From an uncultured Pseudomonadota bacterium (GTDB lineage: Bacteria > Oederibacteriota > Muellerivitia > Muellerivitales > Muellerivitaceae), in assembly GCA_963843375.1 (NCBI GenBank), contig CAWJKT010000030.1, forward strand, positions 1-18,093: 18,093 nt of DNA, in the 5' to 3' direction. Of the stretch, positions 7,912-15,699 are shown piece after piece; the stretch's first letter is position 1, and every line of letters begins with the position of its first letter. A model generated the notes under the pieces. That model saw only the letters and a list, made by a program, of their open reading frames with translations. It was not told the origin of the DNA and did not search any database. A program made the position numbers and the translations under genes.

Positions 7912-8727
7912 ATGAAAAAAAATTCGATATTTCGCAGGGGTTTGAGAACCTTATTAATAACCTATTTGGCTTTGCTCTTAACTTTTTCACCCGTTGGGTT
8001 CAAGGCTTTTGCCTCTTCTTCGAAAAAGAAAAAAGCACAAGTTAACGCTACTCCCACCCCTGGGGCGTCAGAAACCACGTCGTCTCCATCCGATAAGCCA
8101 ACGAGTTCTTATCCTCCCCTCTTGATTGGACCAGGAGATGAACTCGAAATCTATGTGGTCAATTTTTCTTCTGGAAATGGCTATACAACAAGCGCTTCCG
8201 GTGAAGCGGGTACAAAAAGTCAGCTGCCGACGGATTATCTTGTGGACTCCGATGGAATGATTCTTTTTCCTTTTCTCGGGGATATCCAACTCAAGGATTT
8301 AACTCAGATTCAAGCGGCTAAGCTCATGAAAAAGGAATTGAGCGATTTTATCAGCAATCCTCAGGTGACTGTTCTTGTTCGCGCGTCCAATTACTATAAT
8401 GTTATGGTTTTGGGGGATGTGGCTAAGCCTGGTAAATTCTTGATTCGTGGCGAGCCCACGATTTTCTCCACCCTTGCCGATGCCGGAGGGCCCATGCCGG
8501 ATGCGGATTTGGGAGGAACGCTCCTCATCCGGGGGGATACGAACAAGAAGGAAAAAATCTCGTTGGATAAATACTTGAAGGACAAGGGCTTTCGCGAGAA
8601 ACCTCCTCTTCTCTATCCGGGCGATGTTCTTGTGATTCCGAAAAGCGGGGGGATTTCCGACGAGAGCATAGCCATGATTGCGAGCTTAATCGCAAGTGCG
8701 GCCCTCATCGCTACCCAAATCCATTGA
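7912..8727 (+). CDS. Polysaccharide biosynthesis/export protein (OPX, Wza-like; Poly_export + SLBB)
   Basis: IGPGDELEIYV...VDSDGMILFPFLGDIQLKDLT...NPQVTV is the Poly_export signature; VLGDVAKPG...LADAGG...LYPGDVLVIP is SLBB. ATG7912 gives a clean Sec signal ending AFA; the track's GTG7858 start is less likely. Confidence 0.88.
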   Translation: MKKNSIFRRGLRTLLITYLALLLTFSPVGFKAFASSSKKKKAQVNATPTPGASETTSSPSDKPTSSYPPLLIGPGDELEIYVVNFSSGNGYTTSASGEAGTKSQLPTDYLVDSDGMILFPFLGDIQLKDLTQIQAAKLMKKELSDFISNPQVTVLVRASNYYNVMVLGDVAKPGKFLIRGEPTIFSTLADAGGPMPDADLGGTLLIRGDTNKKEKISLDKYLKDKGFREKPPLLYPGDVLVIPKSGGISDESIAMIASLIASAALIATQIH

Positions 8728-8808
8728 GGCAAGAGGTTTGAATGTGTTTTCAAGTTGTTCGCGGCTATCGTTTCACCCTTCTGGTCTTGAACTATTAATG
8801 AGGAAAGT

Positions 8809-10383
8809 ATGACTAATACGATTCCCGATACAGAAGAACCGGAACTTAACTTTCATTTGATTTGGCAAATATTGTGGCGCCGAAAAGTCACGGTTTTGGG
8901 CCTGACGAGCTTATTTTTCCTTTTGGCCGTAATTTATGTCCTGATATGGCCCAAATCCTACCTGGCCGTCACCACGGTTAAGATCCCGGAATCCTCCCAA
9001 GACACCGCCGACGCCATAAGGGAAATGGCCTTTCTTCCCACATCCGGGGATCCCATAGAGACCCACATCGAGGTGGCCATGACCGATAAAGTAACGGCCG
9101 ATGTGATTGATAATCTCCACCTTAATCTCAATCCTGAATACGCGAAACTTTCGGACTTGAAAAGGATCTGGGCAGTTAAAAGCCAGGTCAAAGTTGACAA
9201 TGCCAAGGACTCCAATCTTATTTCAATTCATACGAGGGCCAAAACTGGAAAGGAAGCTGCGGAGCTGGCGAATGCTTGGGCCCAAAGTTTCATCCAAGTC
9301 AGTCAGGAACTCAGCCAAGAGAGTGAAAACGCCCATTACAAATTCATACACAAACAATTGGAGGATATTCGACAAAAACTCGACACTGAAAAGGAAAACA
9401 AAAGGAATTTCCTGAATCAATCCAACGAGGTTGAAGCCGATGAATTGGTTTATAAATCCCTCTTGGAACAGGATCAGGAAAGTCGCAGCCGCGCCAGTTC
9501 AGGAAATACGGGCATTGTGGTTGTGGACGAGGCTTCGATACCCGATGCTCCGGCTTCACCTAAAATTATTACTTCCATCGTCCTTGGTACGGGGGCGGGT
9601 TTCTTCTTTGGAATCTTATTGGCCTTTGCCAGGGAAAGGATCGAGGACCGAATTTACGATGAACAGGAAATAAGCCGAATCGCAAGGGCACCTCTTTGGG
9701 CCAAGATCCCCTTGTATAGGGAGGGAAGTGTGAATTCCAGCCGACCCGTTCATTTGGTGCCGGAAACAGGAAAGTTCTCCACGAATTTTATTAGAAGTTT
9801 CAAGACTTTGCGGGCCAGCCTTTTACTTTCTCAACCGGGGTCAGAATCCGTGGCCTTTGGTCTGTTTTCGCCCCAAAGGGGGGAAGGCCGAACCCTCGTT
9901 TGCGCCCATTTGGCCCTGGCTCTTGCTCAGGCGGGTAAAAAGGTACTGCTCATTGATGCCGACCTGGGAAATCCTCAGATTGGGACTCTTTTTGGAGTTC
10001 AAATCCCAGATGTTTCGGGCCTTTCCCGCCTCTTGTCCGGTCAAGCCAGCCTCAAGGAAGTTCTCCGGCCCGCTCCAGGGGTTGCAAATCTAATGCTCTT
10101 GGCGGCTCCTCCTTTTTCGGGAGACCCAGCAGAAATTTTTGATTCAAGCTCCATGAAAAAGCTGGTGGGAGAAATGAAACAAAAATTTGATTTTGTGCTA
10201 TTTGACGTCGGGCCTCTGCTCGTTTCGTCGGATCAAATCGTTTTGGCCATGGCCTTGGACGGAGTTCTTTTACTTGCGGGTTATGGGCAAACTCGGCGTT
10301 CGGATGTCCTAGAAGCTGTTCAACAAATCCAAACTGCTCGGGCCGAAATCTGGGGAATCATTTTAAATGGAGTGAAAAATTAA
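8809..10383 (+). CDS. Wzc-like polysaccharide co-polymerase (Wzz domain + BY-kinase-like domain), degenerate kinase motifs
   Basis: GAGGA RBS; Wzz N-terminus (ELNF..IWQILWRRK-TM-PKSY), short coiled coil, VVDEA..P..PASP-TM2, FKTLRASL, GEGRT, VLLIDADL, FDFVLFDVGP, GIILN. Confidence 0.88.
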   Translation: MTNTIPDTEEPELNFHLIWQILWRRKVTVLGLTSLFFLLAVIYVLIWPKSYLAVTTVKIPESSQDTADAIREMAFLPTSGDPIETHIEVAMTDKVTADVIDNLHLNLNPEYAKLSDLKRIWAVKSQVKVDNAKDSNLISIHTRAKTGKEAAELANAWAQSFIQVSQELSQESENAHYKFIHKQLEDIRQKLDTEKENKRNFLNQSNEVEADELVYKSLLEQDQESRSRASSGNTGIVVVDEASIPDAPASPKIITSIVLGTGAGFFFGILLAFARERIEDRIYDEQEISRIARAPLWAKIPLYREGSVNSSRPVHLVPETGKFSTNFIRSFKTLRASLLLSQPGSESVAFGLFSPQRGEGRTLVCAHLALALAQAGKKVLLIDADLGNPQIGTLFGVQIPDVSGLSRLLSGQASLKEVLRPAPGVANLMLLAAPPFSGDPAEIFDSSSMKKLVGEMKQKFDFVLFDVGPLLVSSDQIVLAMALDGVLLLAGYGQTRRSDVLEAVQQIQTARAEIWGIILNGVKN

Positions 10384-10635
10384 AGAGTTCTTTGTGGAAG
10401 GCTGCTAGAGACTTGATTTCTAGCTGAAACCTTTTAAAAGTTTTTTCTACCACTCGGGCCAACTTCATCAACAACAAATACCACTTTCTTATATTCGGTT
10501 TTGAATGGTTGCTTGAAATCGAAAATATTCCTTATATTCTTACGAAGCAAATCATGGTGGGAAATTGAAAGTCTAAAATATTCGCTAGAATGTTGCCGGT
10601 GGAAGAAAACTAATAATTTTTTTGAGGAATCCAAA

Positions 10636-11949
10636 ATTACTATTTCAGAACATGTTCGTTCCTTCCCGGGGAAAATTTTATCCAAGTTCCGGAATCGGCC
10701 GCAACTCCTTAATAAAGTCGCTTGGATGTTTGGGGCTCGGATATTGGGGTTGGCCTTTGGGTTCGTAGCCACGGTTTGGGCGGCCCGCTGCTTGGGACCC
10801 AAAAACCTCGGCATTTCAGGAATGGTCCAAAATGTGGTTCTTCAAGCCACCATGCTGGTCGGAGCCATTACTCCAACGGTTTTGATCCGTCAATATAAAA
10901 GCTTGAACAACGACGAAGACAGAAACCGTCTGGTGCGGATCACCAATGGATTCCGCCTCCTGATGTCCATGGTTCTGTGTGTGGTCGCGGCCATGATTTT
11001 AGCCTTTCATGGGGTGCCGGAAATCTACCACCGTGTGGGATGGATGTTCATTCCCAACCTTCTTCTTGTTTCAATTCAACCAAGCTGGTTATTCCAAGCT
11101 GTCGAAAAACAACAATTTCAGTCCACCATTGCTGTTTTCCAACCGGCCCTTACTGCGGTTATCTATATTACTTTTTTTAAGCCCGGAATGTCGGCGGGCG
11201 CGGATTTATTAGCCATCACCACCGTTGCCTTGGTGCTTTTGATCGTTTATTGGATCGCAATTTATAAGTTGACGCCTTTAACTGGAAGTTTTTTTTCTTT
11301 CGAAGGGTTGGATGAAGCATGGGAACTGTTGCTGAAGTCCCGATGGCTCTTTGTTTCCGCCCTGGCGATCTATGTTTATACCATCTTGGAACAACCGTTA
11401 ATAGGATGGCTTTACTCCGTGGAGGAATTGGGAAAATACAGGACGGCGGTTAGGGTTACGGAAGGGTTGAATGGAACTTTTGTGATCATTTCAACAATTC
11501 TTTTTCCGCGTTTTATTGAATGGCGAAAACAAGGCGAAGCGATTCTTTGGAGAAAACAGCTGCAATTAACACTTATTTTTTCAATCGGGGGTGGCGCCGC
11601 CGCCATTCTGGGCTTTATCCTTATTCCTTATTTTTATCCTTTTATTTTTGGACGCGACTTTATTCAAGCCGGTTTGCCTTGCGCAATACTGGTATCGTCC
11701 AAGATTTTAGTAATAGTGAACAGTGTTTTTGGAGGGGGTCTTTTGACGGATCATAAGTTTGATAAAGCCTTTTCCCTCATCGTGATAATCACGGCGATTC
11801 TGTCATTAAGCCTTAACCTTATTTTGATCCCTCGTTTCGGGATGTTTGGAGCGGCTTGGATGAATTTGTTAAGTGAAGTTTTCATCCTGGTGGCGTTTAT
11901 ATGGATGACATTCAGGCGGCACCGAACCGTCATGATGCTCGTTAATTAG
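10636..11949 (+). CDS. wzx: Wzx-type oligosaccharide flippase (MOP superfamily); start uncertain (TTG10501, ATT10636 or ATG10726)
   Basis: Many hydrophobic helices with ARCLGPKNLG, EELGKYRTA and LNLILIPRFGMFGAAW motifs typical of polysaccharide flippases; located in a glycan locus. Confidence 0.85.
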   Translation: MTISEHVRSFPGKILSKFRNRPQLLNKVAWMFGARILGLAFGFVATVWAARCLGPKNLGISGMVQNVVLQATMLVGAITPTVLIRQYKSLNNDEDRNRLVRITNGFRLLMSMVLCVVAAMILAFHGVPEIYHRVGWMFIPNLLLVSIQPSWLFQAVEKQQFQSTIAVFQPALTAVIYITFFKPGMSAGADLLAITTVALVLLIVYWIAIYKLTPLTGSFFSFEGLDEAWELLLKSRWLFVSALAIYVYTILEQPLIGWLYSVEELGKYRTAVRVTEGLNGTFVIISTILFPRFIEWRKQGEAILWRKQLQLTLIFSIGGGAAAILGFILIPYFYPFIFGRDFIQAGLPCAILVSSKILVIVNSVFGGGLLTDHKFDKAFSLIVIITAILSLSLNLILIPRFGMFGAAWMNLLSEVFILVAFIWMTFRRHRTVMMLVN

Positions 11950-12137
11950 CTTAACCCGGATTTTTTAACGAAATTCTCCATCGAAACTAGCCGATTCTAG
12001 AGGTGCGATTGAAAAAAGAGGGCGGCGGTATAATGAGCCAAAAATTAGCCGGCCCCTAGTTGGGTTTCCATGAAATTCTTGAAAAAAACTGGACAAAGTT
12101 TTCGCAAATATGCTCCAAGGGAAGGTAAAAGTTAACT

Positions 12138-13058
12138 ATGTCACCTAGTCGCAAAGCGAAATTCACGGTATGCCTGGGAATTCCCACCTTTAACCGGGAA
12201 AAAGTCCTTGTGGATACGTTGAAGCAAGTCCTTGATTTAAAGCCATCAGCTGATGAGGTTATTGTCGTCGATCAAACAAAATCCCATGAACCTGAGACTG
12301 AAAATTATTTAAAGAAACAGGCGAAAACCCGAAGGATAAAATGGATTAAACAGGAATTGCCCAATAAGCCCAAAGCCTTAAATAGGTTATTAAAAGAAAC
12401 GGCCACGGATGTACTAGTCGTTATTGACGATGACGTTTTAATACCGAAAAAAGATTTTTTATCAAAACATTTGTTGAATTATCTAAAAGAAGATGTTGTT
12501 GCCGTTGCTGGAAGAGTGACGCAGCCAAAAGGGTTTAAGTACCACGTTTTGCCCCCAAAATATGATAAAAAAAACGAGTACAAGTATTTCCCGATAAATT
12601 ATACAAAACGAAAGGAATGGCTCGCGACTTACATCGGCTGCAATTACTCGGTCAAAGTAGATTTCATGAAGTCCATTGGCGGGTATGACGAAAATTTCAT
12701 CGGTTCAGCTTATAAGGAAGAGATTGACTCCGCCTTAAGGATATGGAAAGCTGGCGGAAATATAGTTTTTGATCCCAAGGCCCATATCAATCATTTGGCT
12801 GCCCCGTCGGGAGGGGCCCGGCTCAATCAATTTTCCGAATGGAAAGTCTCGTTTTCATCTAACTATTTTTCAGCCAAACACTATTTTCCCGGGCCTTACT
12901 ACTTAGTACAAACCTTCTTGGACATTCATCGTTATGTTTTTAGAAGAACCAATGTTAATAGACCTTGGATATTGCCTTATTCCTTTATTTGCTTTTTGTA
13001 TTCATGGATAAAAAGTTTATTTTTGGGAATAAAGAACCGCAATTCCAAATGGATATAA
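12138..13058 (+). CDS. Glycosyltransferase family 2
   Basis: IPTFNR, VIVVDQ, ALNR, VVIDDDV (DxD), GCNYS, IGGYDENF and EEID motifs. Confidence 0.92.
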   Translation: MSPSRKAKFTVCLGIPTFNREKVLVDTLKQVLDLKPSADEVIVVDQTKSHEPETENYLKKQAKTRRIKWIKQELPNKPKALNRLLKETATDVLVVIDDDVLIPKKDFLSKHLLNYLKEDVVAVAGRVTQPKGFKYHVLPPKYDKKNEYKYFPINYTKRKEWLATYIGCNYSVKVDFMKSIGGYDENFIGSAYKEEIDSALRIWKAGGNIVFDPKAHINHLAAPSGGARLNQFSEWKVSFSSNYFSAKHYFPGPYYLVQTFLDIHRYVFRRTNVNRPWILPYSFICFLYSWIKSLFLGIKNRNSKWI

Positions 13059-13086
13059 TAATTAACTGGACAATTGGTAAACCCGG

Positions 13087-14094
13087 TTGAGCAAATTTTT
13101 TAAACGATCTTTTATAAAAACAAGGTTTGGCCAAGTCAAGGATTTGAGAAAAGTGAAGAACAAGAAAAAGCTTCAACAGAGGGGCCCCTTCTTTTCGGTG
13201 GTGGTCCCTTTGTACAACAAAAAGTCTTATATCCTTAGGTCCTTGAAATCAATCCTTGGCCAATCTTTCCGAGGTTTCGAAGTCATCGTGATTGATGACG
13301 GTTCCACCGATGGAGGGTCAAAACTGGTTTCGTCACTTAAAGACAAACGGATCCGTTTAATCGCGCAAAAAAATGCCGGCGTTTCATCGGCAAGGAACAA
13401 GGGCGTGTCCCTGGCTCAGGGCAAATACGTGACATATCTTGACGCTGATGACGAATGGTCCCCGGATTACTTAGAGGCGCTTAAAAAACTCATCAGCGAC
13501 TTCCCGGATGTGGGCCTTTATGCCACAAATTATCGGGTCCATGACGGAAATGGGACCAGTGAGAATTTGGCTATGTTTACTCCGGGATGGCGGGGTCGAA
13601 TGAAAGACTTTTTCAACCTCGTGTACGGGGAGCGAACACCCTTTCACATAAGCTCGGTGTGCTTGCCCATGGCCGTGGCCCGACAAAATCCTTTTCCTGT
13701 GGGAATCAAAGGAGGGGAGGATATTTACGTTTGGTTCCAAGTCTGCTTGAAACATGAAATGGCCTACCTTAACCGGTCTTATTCAACTTGGTACCAAGAA
13801 ACCCAGGAGAACGCACATCACCGATACTTTGGACCTCAATATCATTTGGATTGGCTGTCTATTGCGGAGCGTTTGAGACGGGAAAACGCACTTTCGGAAA
13901 GCGCTCGAAAATTTACCTCCTGGGTCGCCTTGACACAGGCCAAAAAAATGATCCTTCATGGATACCGAAAACAGGCCGTGATCCAATGGTGGCGTTGCCC
14001 CAAAAAATATTTTCTTTCGAAACAAGTCCTTCTTCTGCTTTTGGCCTTTTCACCGCTGATGTTCTATAAAGCCTACCAGGGCGTTACCCGCTGA
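13087..14094 (+). CDS. Glycosyltransferase family 2 (start TTG13087 or GTG13153)
   Basis: SVVVPLYNK, EVIVIDDGSTD, NAGVSSARNKG, YLDADDEW and GED motifs. Confidence 0.92.
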   Translation: MSKFFKRSFIKTRFGQVKDLRKVKNKKKLQQRGPFFSVVVPLYNKKSYILRSLKSILGQSFRGFEVIVIDDGSTDGGSKLVSSLKDKRIRLIAQKNAGVSSARNKGVSLAQGKYVTYLDADDEWSPDYLEALKKLISDFPDVGLYATNYRVHDGNGTSENLAMFTPGWRGRMKDFFNLVYGERTPFHISSVCLPMAVARQNPFPVGIKGGEDIYVWFQVCLKHEMAYLNRSYSTWYQETQENAHHRYFGPQYHLDWLSIAERLRRENALSESARKFTSWVALTQAKKMILHGYRKQAVIQWWRCPKKYFLSKQVLLLLLAFSPLMFYKAYQGVTR

Positions 14095-14317
14095 CTTTAT
14101 TATTCCTATTCCGTTGTCAGGTAAGTAGCTTTTAGATACCGACGATGATTAGCCGCTTAGGCTGTCGGGGCAATAGGAAAATTCATTATCGAGGTCCTCG
14201 TGGTAGAACTTTATACCAAGAACAATTGATTCAGTGGCAGAAAGAATAGCGGGTGGATCTAACCTCGCCTAACACAGGATGGCAGGACAGGTTACTGGTC
14301 TGGCGCCCATAGAAGAT

Positions 14318-14347
14318 TTGGAAAAACCTTCCATCGGGTGTTAAAAT
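14318..14347 (+). promoter_or_regulatory. Putative promoter with extended -10 upstream of the wzy-like gene
   Basis: TTGGAA (14318-14323), 18 bp, TAAAAT (14342-14347), preceded by TG at 14339-14340 (TGnTAAAAT). Confidence 0.45.
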
Positions 14348-14415
14348 CGCGCGCTGGATCCTGCTTGAAAGGTTCTTTCTGAAGGCGGGCATCCTAGTTC
14401 ATTCCGGAAAAGAAT

Positions 14416-15699
14416 ATGACCCTTAGGCGAATCGGTTCTATCCTCATCGTGCTGATGGGCCTTAATGCGTTTGTGGGTAGTTTTTTTACTTTTGAAAGGG
14501 GGAATTTCACCCTCCGCCTTGTCCCCTATGCCTTCAAGTTTTTTCAGTTGTTCCTGATGCTGACGATCATCATCTATTTCCTGGTACAACGAACCATCCG
14601 CATCAAAACGGATCACCTCTTTTGGATAATCTTCCTCCTTATAGGGGACATGGGGATTTCGATTTTTTACGCCTCGGACCCAGTAAATCCAACCGATTTT
14701 GCTCGGGTATTATTTTGGGTTTTTGCCGCCTTCGCTATTTATTTCCTGAGGCAGGCCGATTGCTTAGATGAAAAAATCCTTTATCAGATGGTGCTTTTCA
14801 ACCTCTTTTGGGTCTGCCTGAGAATATTGGCCTATAAGCTTTTTAATATCTGGATAGGGGTAGACACTGGGAACTTCGGAGATACCCGAGATGGAGTTGT
14901 CGGAAGCCTGTCCTATACCCTTGTTTGGTTCGTCCCTTTGTTCCTCTTGTTCGAATCGAAAATCAAGTTTCCGGTTCTTTTAACAGTTTTATTTGCCATG
15001 TTGGCGCCTTTCAAACGCGGAGCCCTACTGGGTTTGATCCTCGGTTCCTTGGTTTATTATTTCCTGAACCGGCGGGTTCCAGGACGCAACAAAGGAAGTC
15101 TGGCTCGAGACGCGATCCAGGTGCTGGCCCTCTTGATCCTCGGTGGAGTAGGTTTCCTGGTTTTCAAGGAGCATATTCTCGACCGATTAAGCGACATCGG
15201 AGGAGATAAGTCCCTGGGTTCGGGTCGGGGGATTTTTTACCAGATTGTTCTTAATCACTGGGAAAATTTCATGGGGATAAAAAAGTTGATTGGAGCCGGA
15301 TTTTTCGCGGTTATGCCGATGCTGGGGACCTATTATGAACAAGCCATTCCGGCACATAGCGATTGGCTGGAGACGCTTTACGATCAGGGAATCATTGGAG
15401 TTTCAATACTGACCCTTTTTCACCTGCTGTTTATTGCCCGTGTGTTGGGTGTTATTCGAAAGAGGGCCGAATTTGGGCCTCACCTTGCCTATTCCTACAC
15501 GATTTTCTTTTTGGCAAGCGTTTATTCGGTCACGCTTTATAATTTTGAAACTTCTTGGTTTGGTGTTTCGATGGGTTATTACTTGGGAACGGAAGCTTTG
15601 ATGAAACGAAAAAAAGCGAGGGAAACCGTTCCGACCCTGGCCGGTAAAGTATCGGCCTTATCCCCGGTGCAAGTTCGCCCTTATGGCGGAATCTCATGA
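14416..15699 (+). CDS. O-antigen ligase/polymerase family membrane protein (Wzy_C type), probable Wzy polymerase
   Basis: Multi-TM protein with KRGA, a loop containing SGR...LIGAG, and AHSDWLETLYDQGIIG, the Arg/His pattern shared by Wzy_C, WaaL and PglL-like enzymes. Confidence 0.82.
   Translation: MTLRRIGSILIVLMGLNAFVGSFFTFERGNFTLRLVPYAFKFFQLFLMLTIIIYFLVQRTIRIKTDHLFWIIFLLIGDMGISIFYASDPVNPTDFARVLFWVFAAFAIYFLRQADCLDEKILYQMVLFNLFWVCLRILAYKLFNIWIGVDTGNFGDTRDGVVGSLSYTLVWFVPLFLLFESKIKFPVLLTVLFAMLAPFKRGALLGLILGSLVYYFLNRRVPGRNKGSLARDAIQVLALLILGGVGFLVFKEHILDRLSDIGGDKSLGSGRGIFYQIVLNHWENFMGIKKLIGAGFFAVMPMLGTYYEQAIPAHSDWLETLYDQGIIGVSILTLFHLLFIARVLGVIRKRAEFGPHLAYSYTIFFLASVYSVTLYNFETSWFGVSMGYYLGTEALMKRKKARETVPTLAGKVSALSPVQVRPYGGIS

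Noticed and set aside
7667..8045. Overlapping 107-aa ORFs on both strands between wecA and the OPX gene
   Set aside because: They overlap the OPX 5' end and a promoter-like element and show no family signal.
14145..14249. 34-aa ORF MISRLGCRGNRKIHY...QKE
   Set aside because: No RBS, its start lies within a predicted stem, and there is no other coding evidence.
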